The notes under the pieces: generated by a model
What the model saw: only the letters and a program-made list of their open reading frames with translations
The model's database searches: none
What the model was told of the DNA's origin: nothing
Translations under genes and position numbers: made by a program
NCBI GenBank assembly: GCA_963725665.1
Contig: CAVRZA010000011.1
Location: forward strand, 64,001 to 128,000
DNA length: 64,000 bases
From: an uncultured Actinomycetes bacterium
GTDB lineage: Bacteria > Actinomycetota > Thermoleophilia > UBA2241
Direction: 5' to 3'
Shown: one piece after another, positions 27,552 to 36,715 of the stretch
How the letters are laid out: the number at the start of each line of letters is the position of its first letter
How positions within the stretch are numbered: position 1 is the stretch's first letter

Positions 27552-29663
27552 CTAGCCGAAGATCTCGATGCGGTTCTTGCCGAGGCGTTTGGCGAGGTAG
27601 AGCGCCTTGTCGGCGGCGCGCACGAGGCCCTCGGCGTCGGGGGCATTGTCGGGGAAGGTCGCGGCGCCGATGCTCACGGTGATGCTCACCCCTCGCTCCT
27701 CGGCGTCGTCCCCGAACAGTGTCTTCGCCACGTGCGCGCGGATGCGCTCCCCGACCAGCTCGGCGGCCCCGTCCTCGTCCTCCACGCAAACAGAGACCTG
27801 GCGCTGCAGCCGGTCGCCCACGACCTGCGCGCCGGCGATCGGCGTGCTCGGCAGGATGACGGCGAACTCCTCTCCGCCGTAGCGCGCCACGACGTCGATC
27901 TGGCGCCGCAACTGGCGCTGCAGGATGTCGGCGATCTCGCGCAGCACCTGGTCACCCGCGAGGTGGCCGTACGCGTCGTTGAAGGACTTGAAGTCGTCGA
28001 GATCGAGCATGAGGAGCGACAACGGCGCGCCGTATCGCTTCGACTTCGCTACCTCCTCCTCGAGCCGCTCGTAGAAGTAGCGGTGGTTGTGCAGCCCGGT
28101 GAGACCGTCGGTGATGGCCTGCAGCTTGAGGGTCCTATAGAGGCGTCCGTTCTGGAGCGCCACGGCGGCCTGGTTGGCGAGGACCTGGACTAGCTCGACC
28201 TCGTCCTCGGCGAAGCGCCGCGCGCCGGCGTCGACTGCCTCGATGTACCCCTCCAGCCTGCCGCCGATCAGCAGCGGGACGGCGATGCACCCGCTGGCCC
28301 CGCCGGCTCCCTGCCTCGCCGCAGCCGCTCGCAGGGCATCATCTACGACCGCGCGCCGCGGCAGCACCGCGGCGCGCGGTCGGCGTTCGCTCTCCTCCAG
28401 CAGCGCGAGGCGGAAGGGCAGGAACTGATCGCCGGCATCCCGCAGGCGCACGTCCACGGTACACGCCTTGCCCGACAGCATGCCGGCGACCGCACCCTCC
28501 AGCAGTTCGAGGATCTCGCGCGGCTCGAGCGAGGAGGTCATGGTGCGGCTCGCCTCGAGCAGCCCGACCAAGCGGCGGCTGCGTGTCTCCTCCCGCCGGT
28601 AGAGCTTGGCGTTCTGGATGGCGGCCGCCGCCTGTTCGCCGAGGCCGGAGGCTAGCGCCGCCTCCTCCTCGGTGAAGTGACGTTCGGCCTTAGTCTCGAA
28701 CAGTGCCAAGAGGCCGACCGGCTCAGTGTGGAAGACGAGTGGGACGTTGAGGCAGGTCTGGTAATGGCGCTTCTCCATGAACGCCCGTGTGTCGGAAGCC
28801 AGGCCGGCATCCCCGATCGTCTCTTCGGCGACCGTTCCCTTCTCAATGATCGCGCGATCGGCCGGGTGTTCGTCGAGCGGGTACACCGTGCCGATGTCGT
28901 CACGCTCCATCGTGGGCTCGCGGCTGAAGAAGGAGCGATAGACGAGGGCGTCCGCCTCGGCGTCGTACTCGTAGATCACGCACTCGTCAGACTGGAGAGC
29001 CTCTCCTGTCGTCCGCGCGACCACCTCAAGCACATGCTCGAGAACGACCGTGGAACTCATGGCGAGGCTGCACTCGAGGAGGGAGGCGAGGTGCCGGTTG
29101 CGCTCCTGCTGCTCGGTGTAGAGGCGCGCGTTGTTGATGGCGATCGCCGCCGGCACGGCGAGGTCGGCGAGAAGCTCCTTCTCCTCAGGTGTGAAGCGGT
29201 GCACGCAGCGGCGTTCGAGTAGGCTCAGCACCCCAATCACCTCGTCGCCGAAGACCAGCGGCGCCTCGAGCGCGCTCTTCTCGCCCCAGCGCTGCATGGC
29301 GGCGCGCTCTTCCGGAGCGATGGCCGGGTCGTCCACGTGCGTCTCGAGCATGCGGCGGGCCTTCACGATCGTCAGGTAGTCGCGCCGCTCGTCGAGATCG
29401 ATGACAGCCCCGGTCTCCTCGGCGTCCTCGCCGCTGATCTCGCGGGCCCAGTAGCCGACCCCGGTCAGCGTGTTCTCACGCGCGTCGTAGACTAGGATGT
29501 GACAGCCCCAGACGCCCATGGCCTCGGCGATCCGCCGCGCGATCAGTGCCAGCACCTCTTCCAGCACCAGAGAGGACGCCAGGGCCGCGCTGATCTGGGC
29601 CACGATGGGCTTCAGGTCGCGGCGCCGCGGATGCGTTAGGGCCTCAGCTGTACGTCTCGACAC
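27552..29663 (-). CDS. Multi-GAF diguanylate cyclase
   Basis: Three GAF-like repeats, DGLTGLHN, DLDDFK..ND..GH, RYGGEEF. Confidence 0.9.
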   Translation of the reverse strand: MSRRTAEALTHPRRRDLKPIVAQISAALASSLVLEEVLALIARRIAEAMGVWGCHILVYDARENTLTGVGYWAREISGEDAEETGAVIDLDERRDYLTIVKARRMLETHVDDPAIAPEERAAMQRWGEKSALEAPLVFGDEVIGVLSLLERRCVHRFTPEEKELLADLAVPAAIAINNARLYTEQQERNRHLASLLECSLAMSSTVVLEHVLEVVARTTGEALQSDECVIYEYDAEADALVYRSFFSREPTMERDDIGTVYPLDEHPADRAIIEKGTVAEETIGDAGLASDTRAFMEKRHYQTCLNVPLVFHTEPVGLLALFETKAERHFTEEEAALASGLGEQAAAAIQNAKLYRREETRSRRLVGLLEASRTMTSSLEPREILELLEGAVAGMLSGKACTVDVRLRDAGDQFLPFRLALLEESERRPRAAVLPRRAVVDDALRAAAARQGAGGASGCIAVPLLIGGRLEGYIEAVDAGARRFAEDEVELVQVLANQAAVALQNGRLYRTLKLQAITDGLTGLHNHRYFYERLEEEVAKSKRYGAPLSLLMLDLDDFKSFNDAYGHLAGDQVLREIADILQRQLRRQIDVVARYGGEEFAVILPSTPIAGAQVVGDRLQRQVSVCVEDEDGAAELVGERIRAHVAKTLFGDDAEERGVSITVSIGAATFPDNAPDAEGLVRAADKALYLAKRLGKNRIEIFG

Positions 29664-31818
29664 GGTTCTTGCCCATCCTCTTCGCGAGATAGAGCGCCTT
29701 GTCGGCGCAGTCCACGAGCCCCTCCGCGTCGCGGCAATGGTCGGGGAAGCTGGCGATGCCGATACTGACGGTCATGTGCGCATGACGCTGCCCGCCTCGG
29801 CCCTCGAAGCGCGCAGTGGCGATGCTCTTGCGTATGCGCTCCCCCACGGCGTCGGCCGTGTCCTCGGAGGGAGGGGCGACGCCGCCGTGCGCGGCCGGTC
29901 CGCCGCCGTCTCCTCCTCGGCCGTCGCCGCCCTCAACGGCCGCCGCAGCGGCGTCGCACGCCTCCACGAGGTGCTGCCGCAGGCGCTTCGCCGCCGCCTG
30001 AGCCCCGCTCATCGGCGTGTTAGGCAGGATCACGGCGAACTCCTCGCCCCCATAGCGCGCCGGCAGGTCGACCAGGTTGCGCACCTGGTGGCGCAGGATG
30101 TCGGCCACCTCGCACAGCACCCGGTCGCCGGCCGGGTGCCCGAAGGTGTCGTTGAAGCGCTTGAAGTCGTCGAGGTCGAGCATGAGGAGCGAGAGCGGTA
30201 CGTCGTAGCGCTTCGCGGTCGCCACCTCCTCCTCGAGCCGCTTGTAGAAGTGGCGGTGGTTGTACAGGCGGGTGAGCCCGTCGGTGATCGCCTGTTGCTC
30301 GATGCGGTCGTACAGGCGCGCGTTCTCGAGCGCGACGGCCGCCTGGTTGGCCACGATCTGCACCAGCTCGAGCTCGTCGTTGCCCAGCTCGCGACCCGGC
30401 GGGATAGCGGCCTCGACGTACCCCTCGGCGGCGCCCCTGAGCACGAGCGGCACCACGACGCGGGTGACCTCCTCATCGCCCGTCTGTACCGCCGTGAGGG
30501 CGGCGAGGGCGCGCTCCGCCGCTGGGCCCGGGGGCGCGAGAGCGCCCTCGCCGCCCTCCTCGCTCGCCGCGCCTAGCAGCAGGCCGAACGGGACGTAGAC
30601 GCCGTCGTCGCCACGCAGGCGCACCTCGGCGGTGACGCCCTCGCCGCCCAACAGGTCCGCGATCTCCGCGCTCAGGCGCTCGAGCACCGTCTGCAGCTTG
30701 AGCGAGGCCGCGACCGAACGGCTCGCATCCAGCAGGTCGACGAGCCTCTTGTTGCGCAGTTCCTCGCGCTGGAACAGCTTCGCGTTGGCGATGGCGACGG
30801 CCGCTTGCTCGCCGAGGCTACGAGCCAGCTCGACCTCGGCGTCCGTGAAGCGCCGCTCGTACGTGGTCTCGACCAGCTCGATCATGCCCACGGGGCGGCT
30901 GTCGAGGAAGAAGGGCACCGTGAGCGTGCACTTCTGCCCGTACTTCAGCATCACCGCCCGGGCGGCGGGATCCGTCGCCGGGTCGCTCACGGTCTCCTGT
31001 ACGGGCTCTCCCGTCGCGATGACGCGACGGTTGGTGGGCCACTCGTCGAGCACGAACTCGCGCCCCAGAGCCGGACACCCCTCCTCCTCTGGTCGGGCGG
31101 CCGAATAGCCGCCGACCCGCCTGATCACTCCGCGTCTCTGGTCGTGCTCGTAGATCGACACTTCCTGTGCGCTGAAGGCCTCAGCCGCCTTGCCCGCGAC
31201 CAACTGCAGCACGTCCTCGAGGACCACCGTGGAGGTGATCGCCTTGCTCGAGTCGAGCAGCGAGGCGAGGAACCTCGTCTGCTCCTGCTGTCGGAGGAAC
31301 ATACGAGCGTTGTGGATGGCGATGGCCGCCGGCACGGCGAGCTCGCGCAGAAGCTCTTTCTCCTCGTCGGTGAACCGCCGCACGCGTCGTTTCTCGACCA
31401 GCACGAGGCAGCCGATGACCCCGTCGCGAAAGCGCAGGGGAACGCACAGCGTGCTGAGCTCGCCCCAGCGCTCCATGAGCGCCCTGTCCGCGGCGTCGAC
31501 GTCGGGATCGTCGAGGTGGTCTTCTGTGAGCCGGCCTTCGTGCAGCACGGCGCTGTAGCTCGGCCGCCCCACCAGGTCCACGACCGTGCCGATCCACTCC
31601 TCGTCGTCCTTCGTCGGCTCGAGCACCCAGGCCGCCTTCGCGGTCAGGGTGTTCCGCTCCGCCGAGTACTCGTAGAGATCGCACTCCCACACGTCGAGCG
31701 CCTCACCGATGCCCTGCGCGACCCGTGCCAGGACGTCCTCGAGCACCAGGCTCGAAGTGACCATCGCGCCGACCTCATTGAGGATGTCGTAGTGATCCTT
31801 GTCGACTGTGCCAGGCGT
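29644..31818 (-). CDS. Multi-GAF diguanylate cyclase (start uncertain)
   Basis: Paralog of 27552-29663; RYGGEEF; ORF open to GTG 31971, strong SD precedes in-frame ACG at 31818. Confidence 0.85.
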   Translation of the reverse strand, partial: TPGTVDKDHYDILNEVGAMVTSSLVLEDVLARVAQGIGEALDVWECDLYEYSAERNTLTAKAAWVLEPTKDDEEWIGTVVDLVGRPSYSAVLHEGRLTEDHLDDPDVDAADRALMERWGELSTLCVPLRFRDGVIGCLVLVEKRRVRRFTDEEKELLRELAVPAAIAIHNARMFLRQQEQTRFLASLLDSSKAITSTVVLEDVLQLVAGKAAEAFSAQEVSIYEHDQRRGVIRRVGGYSAARPEEEGCPALGREFVLDEWPTNRRVIATGEPVQETVSDPATDPAARAVMLKYGQKCTLTVPFFLDSRPVGMIELVETTYERRFTDAEVELARSLGEQAAVAIANAKLFQREELRNKRLVDLLDASRSVAASLKLQTVLERLSAEIADLLGGEGVTAEVRLRGDDGVYVPFGLLLGAASEEGGEGALAPPGPAAERALAALTAVQTGDEEVTRVVVPLVLRGAAEGYVEAAIPPGRELGNDELELVQIVANQAAVALENARLYDRIEQQAITDGLTRLYNHRHFYKRLEEEVATAKRYDVPLSLLMLDLDDFKRFNDTFGHPAGDRVLCEVADILRHQVRNLVDLPARYGGEEFAVILPNTPMSGAQAAAKRLRQHLVEACDAAAAAVEGGDGRGGDGGGPAAHGGVAPPSEDTADAVGERIRKSIATARFEGRGGQRHAHMTVSIGIASFPDHCRDAEGLVDCADKALYLAKRMGKNRVETYS

Positions 31819-31865
31819 CTCGACCCCTCCTTCCGGCCGCCGCGCCGTGCCGTCCCTTCCGTCGT

Positions 31866-33059
31866 TCAGCGGAACGACTCCACCCTGTTCTTGCCGAGCC
31901 GCTTGGCCAGGTAGAGCGCCTTGTCGGCGGCCGCCACCAGGCCCTCTCCGTCGTCTGCGTCCCCCGGCCACGTCGCCACTCCGACGCTGATCGTCACCCG
32001 CATCGGACGGCCTCCCGGTCTGCTTGCGAAGGCCGCACTCTCGACGTAACGGCGTATGCGCTCTCCGACCAGCCTGGCGACATCGGCGCCCCGGGCCGTG
32101 GCGTCCCGCGGAGCGGCGGGGGTCTCCCGCGCGCCGGCCGGCGAGGCTTCTCGAGAGGGTCCGTCACCGGGGTCGATCCCGTGGCGAGTGACGACCTTGC
32201 GCGCGCGACGGCCGCCGCCGGCCGGCGCGCAGACCGTGGGCGTATTGGGAAGCAGGATGGCGAACTCCTCACCGCCGTAGCGGGCGGCGAGGTCCACGTC
32301 GCGGCGGACCTCCTGCAGGAGGACCCGGCTGATCTCGCACAGCACCTCATCTCCGATGGGGCGGCCGTGGCGGTCGTTCAGCAGCTTGAAGTCGTCGAGG
32401 TCGAGCATGAGGAGCGAGAGGGGGATGCGGTAGCGCACGGAGCGTCTGAACTCCTGGCGCAGGCGCTCGTAGAAGTAGCGGCAGTTGTAGAGTCCGGTGA
32501 GGTCGTCGGTGATGGCCTGGCGCTCGATCCTCTCATGAAGGCGAGCGTTCTCGAGAGCCACCGCCGCCTGGGTCGCCAGGATCCACACCAGCTCGATCTC
32601 GTCGGCGCCCAGCTCGGCGCCGTCGCGGCAGCGGATGTCGATGAAACCGCCCGACTCGCTCTCGCGCGCGATAGGTGCGACTACGCGCGCCGATCGCCCG
32701 CGGCGGCGCTGCACTGGGAGGCGGGCCGAGGTCGCCTCGCGCGCCAGCGCGTCGGCCTCGGCCCGCCTCCCCGACCGTCGCGTGCGGCGCCCCGTGGCGC
32801 GGACGACGCTGAAGCCGCCCTCACCGTCGGGTATCCACACCTCGACGCTGCTCGCGCGGCCGCACAGGAGGCCCCTGGCCTCGACCGCCACGCGCGCGGC
32901 CACGTCACCGACCTCGATCTCCGCGGCGATGCCTCGGCTCGCGGCGAGCAGGGAATCCAAACGTTGCCCGACAGCGGCGCCGACCTCCTCGACGGCGAGT
33001 GTCGAGGCGGCCGCGGCGGCGGTCTCCCGGAGGTTGTCCCGATCGGTTGTCTTCGCCAT
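31866..33059 (-). CDS. GAF-like + GGDEF diguanylate cyclase
   Basis: DDLTGLYN, DLDDFK, RDVD I-site, RYGGEEF, ADKALY.AK..GKNRV. Confidence 0.85.
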   Translation of the reverse strand: MAKTTDRDNLRETAAAAASTLAVEEVGAAVGQRLDSLLAASRGIAAEIEVGDVAARVAVEARGLLCGRASSVEVWIPDGEGGFSVVRATGRRTRRSGRRAEADALAREATSARLPVQRRRGRSARVVAPIARESESGGFIDIRCRDGAELGADEIELVWILATQAAVALENARLHERIERQAITDDLTGLYNCRYFYERLRQEFRRSVRYRIPLSLLMLDLDDFKLLNDRHGRPIGDEVLCEISRVLLQEVRRDVDLAARYGGEEFAILLPNTPTVCAPAGGGRRARKVVTRHGIDPGDGPSREASPAGARETPAAPRDATARGADVARLVGERIRRYVESAAFASRPGGRPMRVTISVGVATWPGDADDGEGLVAAADKALYLAKRLGKNRVESFR

Positions 33060-33218
33060 TGGCGGGCCCCGCGGTCGTGAAGCGGGTCTCTCCGGGTCCG
33101 TATCGGCTGCCCGGAGGCGCTGCTGTAGCCTTTCCAGGGGACGCAACGGGCGTTCCGGCGCCGGCGGAGCTAAAGTCGGGCGCCGTCGGCGCCGATAACC
33201 GACCTGGTACCCCCTTTG

Positions 33219-33273
33219 GGGGCGAGGCTCGCCGGGCCGCCTGACAAGGCGTCTCGGCGAGCCTCGCCCCTTT
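33219..33273. promoter_or_regulatory. Long GC-rich hairpin in the divergent intergenic region upstream of the DGC cluster
   Basis: Perfect 16-bp IR GGGGCGAGGCTCGCCG/CGGCGAGCCTCGCCCC plus inner CGCCT/AGGCG; TTT follows on the + strand. Confidence 0.5.
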
Positions 33274-33382
33274 CCTGCATCCACTTATTCGTAGCTCCGC
33301 TTGTCAACGCCGCGCGCTGGCGGGCCTTCCCGGCTTCTGCTACATTCGTCGTTGTGATGGGGAGGGGGCTCTAGGAGGGTTC

Positions 33383-33577
33383 ATGATCTACTCGGTGGTT
33401 CCTCAGGAGCTCGGCGACGACGTCTACGAGCGCCTCGTCGAGCACTACAAGGACAACCCGAACGTGATGGTCATCCGGGAGCGGCGCCAAGGGGAGCGCC
33501 GCAAGGGTCCCAGCACGGGCGGCGAACGCCGGCAGCGCGACCGCCGGCGGCAGCGGCCGGGCACCTTCGATCTGTGA
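33383..33577 (+). CDS. Small protein with repeated [D/E]RR motifs
   Basis: AGGAGG SD; VIRERRQGERRK..GERRQRDRRR. Confidence 0.75.
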   Translation: MIYSVVPQELGDDVYERLVEHYKDNPNVMVIRERRQGERRKGPSTGGERRQRDRRRQRPGTFDL

Positions 33578-34062
33578 CGCCAAGCGATCCTGAGGCGCGC
33601 CGACCCGCAGATACGCGCGTCGCGCTCTCGCAACTCATGCAGCCCGCCGACGCTAACTTCATGGGCGTGATCCACGGCGGCATCGTGATGAAGCTCATCG
33701 ACGAGGCGGCCGGCACCTGCGCCTACCGCTTCGCGCGCACGCGCGTCGTCACGGCGGCCATCGACCGCATCGACTTCCACTACCCGGTGCACATCGGCAA
33801 TCTCGTCACGCTCAAGGCGACCGTGAACCACGCCGGACGCACCTCGATGGAGGTCGGTGTGCGCGTCGAGGCGGAGGACCTCGACAGCGGCCGCGTCACG
33901 CACACCAACAGCGCCTACCTGGTCTTCGTGGCCCTCGACGAGGACGGACACCCCACCCCGGTGTCGCGCCTCGTCCCCGAGACCGACGAGGAAAGGCGCC
34001 GCTGGGCCGAGGCCGAGGCGCGTCGCGACGCTCGGCAGCGGCTGCGCGAGCCGGCCGACTAG
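33574..34062 (+). CDS. Acyl-CoA thioesterase (hotdog fold)
   Basis: DAN..G.IHGG..MK.ID, VVTA.ID, GRTSMEVGV, FVALD. Confidence 0.9.
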   Translation: MTPSDPEARRPADTRVALSQLMQPADANFMGVIHGGIVMKLIDEAAGTCAYRFARTRVVTAAIDRIDFHYPVHIGNLVTLKATVNHAGRTSMEVGVRVEAEDLDSGRVTHTNSAYLVFVALDEDGHPTPVSRLVPETDEERRRWAEAEARRDARQRLREPAD

Positions 34063-34126
34063 GCCGGGCGATCGCCCGCCGCTCGGGTGGACCTTCGCCT
34101 TGCGGGCATCGTCGCCGGGACGGCCG

Positions 34127-34963
34127 TCACGCCGTCAGCGGTGCAGGCCCGACCCCGGCGGACGCCTGCGGAGCGACGCCTTCGAGACGCAGCAGCTCGG
34201 CGAGCGCCGCCTGCGCCACGTCGAGTTGCTCGGGACTCGGGTCGCGCGTCGTGAAGAGCTTCTGGACCTGGACGCCGGGCGTGCGCAGAAGGCCGGCCAG
34301 CGGGTGCCCCTGGTGGCGGGCCATCCAGGCGAAGACCTCGACGGCCGAGCCGATGCTCACCAGCCCAGCGACGAGCACCGCCAGGGGATTCTTCTCTTTG
34401 CCGAGGCGCGCGAGGACCATGTTGCCCAGCGTGCTTGTCACGAGCAGCGGGCCGACCAGGTTGGAGCCGCAGCGCGCGTGCTCCTTGCTCGCCTCGTCGG
34501 CGGCGATGCCGGCCTCGTAGCCGCCCACGCTCATGTGCTCGGCGCCGTGCATGCGCGACAACTCGGAGTCGCGGATGGCGAGCAGCGCCGGCCCCAGGGT
34601 GAGGGCGGCGACGGCCAGCTCGCGCAGGAGCGGCGAACCCTTGCCGCTCCTGCGCAAGAGCAGCGTCGCCGCCGCGCTGCCCGCCGTCGCCGCGAGCAGC
34701 CGGGGATCCTCCTGGGGGAGCACCGGGAGCCCCATCTCGCGGCGCAGACTCGGCAAGACGGCGGCGGCTTCGCCCAGGCGCATCACCCCGCGGGCGACGG
34801 GCACGTGTGCCAGCATCCTGCTCCCGGGAGGGTGGTTCCTGAGCCCCGAACGAACGCGCAGCGTCCCGTCGGGCAGGCGTACCGCCGCCGCCCAGTGACG
34901 CTCGCTCTGCAGAAGGACGCCGTCTCGCAGCGCCATGCCGCCCAGGACGAGATCAGCCTGCAT
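34127..34963 (-). CDS. DUF1385 (YqhQ-like) membrane protein
   Basis: GG.A...GV, P..RG, HGAEH, H.RCGS, PG..VQ..TT.DP. Confidence 0.8.
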   Translation of the reverse strand: MQADLVLGGMALRDGVLLQSERHWAAAVRLPDGTLRVRSGLRNHPPGSRMLAHVPVARGVMRLGEAAAVLPSLRREMGLPVLPQEDPRLLAATAGSAAATLLLRRSGKGSPLLRELAVAALTLGPALLAIRDSELSRMHGAEHMSVGGYEAGIAADEASKEHARCGSNLVGPLLVTSTLGNMVLARLGKEKNPLAVLVAGLVSIGSAVEVFAWMARHQGHPLAGLLRTPGVQVQKLFTTRDPSPEQLDVAQAALAELLRLEGVAPQASAGVGPAPLTA

Positions 34964-35115
34964 GCCGTCCTCTTCTTCTTTCAACGTCTCGTCTCCTCGT
35001 GTTGACGGGCCTTCGCGCCTTGGCCCATTATGCCCGCAAAGTAGTCGATCACCGCGGCCGGCGCGCAACTCCCGCCCAGCGCTGCGGCGGACGCGCTCTG
35101 CGAAAGGGGCTCGAC

Positions 35116-35334
35116 GTGTGCAGCTTTCCCCATATCGCCGAACGGGCGCAGCACTTGAGCGCCCTCACGGCACCGCTGGCGGCCGAGGAGGCGGTCGAGC
35201 TCCTTTGCAGCGACTGCCCCTTCTACCATCCCGACCGCGAAGAGCAGCTCGAATGCGGCAGCTTTCTCATCCTCAAGCGGCTGCTCGAGCGCGGGGCGCT
35301 CACGCCGGCGCAGATCGTCGCCGCGTGCCGCTGA
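35116..35334 (+). CDS. Small Cys-containing protein upstream of the radical SAM gene
   Basis: AAAGGGG SD + GTG; CSDCPFY....E.LECG motif; ends 31 nt before the rSAM start. Confidence 0.7.
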   Translation: MCSFPHIAERAQHLSALTAPLAAEEAVELLCSDCPFYHPDREEQLECGSFLILKRLLERGALTPAQIVAACR

Positions 35335-35365
35335 CGCGCCCGGGTACCCCGCCGCGCTCAACGAC

Positions 35366-36571
35366 GTGGACTCCAGCGCGACCATCCCACCGGCGCCCGA
35401 TCCGACCGTCTACCTCTCTCCCGACGCGTCGCTGAAGCGGCTCGAGGCGCCGTACCTCTACCACCGCGGCAAGGACGACCTCTACGAGCTGACTGCAGAG
35501 GCGTTCGCGTTCATCGAGCGCCATCGCGGCCGCCTCCCCTCACGAGAGACCGAGCCGGAGTTCCTCGCGACCTGCCTCGACGAGGATCTCCTTACGTGGC
35601 GCGAGCCGTCCTCCGGGCCGGAGCTTCGGGTGGCATCGGGAGAGCGACCGTCGCTGCGCTACCTGCTGGTGCACCTCACGGGTCGCTGCAACCTGCGCTG
35701 CGCGCACTGCTACGCCTCGGAAGCTGGGGAGGACGACCTGCCCTTCGATGCCGTATGGCACGCGTTCGCGGAGTTCGAGGAGGGCGGCGGCCTGCGGCTC
35801 CTGCTCTCCGGAGGGGAACCTCTGCTCCATCCGGACTTCTCGCGCATCGACGAGTTGCTGCCCGGCCTGAACGTGCGCACCGTGCTGCTTACCAACGGCA
35901 CCCTCCTCACCTCAGCCCGCGCGCGGCGCCTGCACGTGCATGAGGTGCAGGTCAGCCTCGACGGCATGGAGGAGAGCCACGACGCGCTGCGTGGTCCCGG
36001 GTCCTTCGCCCGCGCACGACGGGGCCTCGAGGCGGCCCGCGAGGCCGGTCTGCAGATCAGCGTCGCCTCGACGGTGAACGCTCTCAACCTGCGCGACTTC
36101 GACCGTCTCGCGGCTCTCGTCGAGGCCCTCGACGTCTGGCAGTGGACGATCGATGTGCCGTGTTCGGCCGGACGCATGGCGCAGCGGCCGCGACTCGAGG
36201 CGCCACCGGCCGAAGCGGCCAAGGTCCTCGAGCGCGGCTTCGCCTCGGGCACGCACGGAGACACGTTCGACTACCTCTGCGGCGCCCACCTCGCCGCGAT
36301 CATGCCCGACGGTAGGGTCGGCAAGTGCGGGCTTCTTCCCGATGAAGGAGGCGGACGCCTCGACGACGGCCTCGCGGTCGCGTGGCGACGCATACCCCAC
36401 CGCACGACCGGCTCGCTCGGGGAGATCTGTCGCTCGTGCCGCATCCTCGAGGACTGCCACGGCGGCTGCCGCTTCAGGGCTGGAGGCGCCCAATCACTTG
36501 CACCCGACGTCATACAGTGCTATCGGTATGGAGTCCTGGAAGCAACCGGGAGGAGGTGGTGCCGTTCATGA
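35366..36571 (+). CDS. Radical SAM/SPASM-domain protein, putative peptide maturase
   Basis: CNLRCAHC, SGGEPLLHP, QVSLDG..H..RG; SPASM C..C..CRSC.....CHGGCR..C; ~80-aa RRE-like N-terminus. Confidence 0.9.
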   Translation: MDSSATIPPAPDPTVYLSPDASLKRLEAPYLYHRGKDDLYELTAEAFAFIERHRGRLPSRETEPEFLATCLDEDLLTWREPSSGPELRVASGERPSLRYLLVHLTGRCNLRCAHCYASEAGEDDLPFDAVWHAFAEFEEGGGLRLLLSGGEPLLHPDFSRIDELLPGLNVRTVLLTNGTLLTSARARRLHVHEVQVSLDGMEESHDALRGPGSFARARRGLEAAREAGLQISVASTVNALNLRDFDRLAALVEALDVWQWTIDVPCSAGRMAQRPRLEAPPAEAAKVLERGFASGTHGDTFDYLCGAHLAAIMPDGRVGKCGLLPDEGGGRLDDGLAVAWRRIPHRTTGSLGEICRSCRILEDCHGGCRFRAGGAQSLAPDVIQCYRYGVLEATGRRWCRS

Positions 36572-36633
36572 AGATCAAGAAGGTGGCCCGAGGAAAGGCG
36601 GCGCTGCACTGCAAGTGCAGCTCGAGCTGCTGA
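36568..36633 (+). CDS. Putative RiPP precursor peptide MKIKKVARGKAALHCKCSSSC (21 aa)
   Basis: AGGAGGTG SD at 36551-36558, ATGA overlap with the rSAM stop, basic leader + Cys/Ser core, terminator downstream. Confidence 0.75.
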   Translation: MKIKKVARGKAALHCKCSSSC

Positions 36634-36675
36634 ACCAGCTCTGAACGGAAGCCGCTTCCTCACAGGCGACTTTCG

Positions 36676-36715
36676 AGGGGCGGGGGTGTGCGGACAAGGC
36701 ACCCCCGCCCCTTTT
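36676..36715 (+). terminator. Intrinsic terminator of the rSAM-peptide cassette
   Basis: AGGGGCGGGGGTG..CACCCCCGCCCCT 13-bp stem ending in a TTTT run. Confidence 0.8.

Noticed and set aside
33120-33180. GGGACGCAA resembling a c-di-GMP-I riboswitch
   Set aside because: Wrong strand for the DGC operon and lacks the upstream GCAAA..GAAA stem and the downstream P3 consensus.
36631-36675. Sec read-through of the RiPP precursor's TGA (..SSSC-U), tempting given the nearby selenoproteins and a GGAAGCCG..CTTCC hairpin
   Set aside because: Read-through would run through the terminator into non-coding-like sequence, and the hairpin loop does not resemble the AGUU SECIS loop. Worth rechecking only if homologs have Cys at this position.
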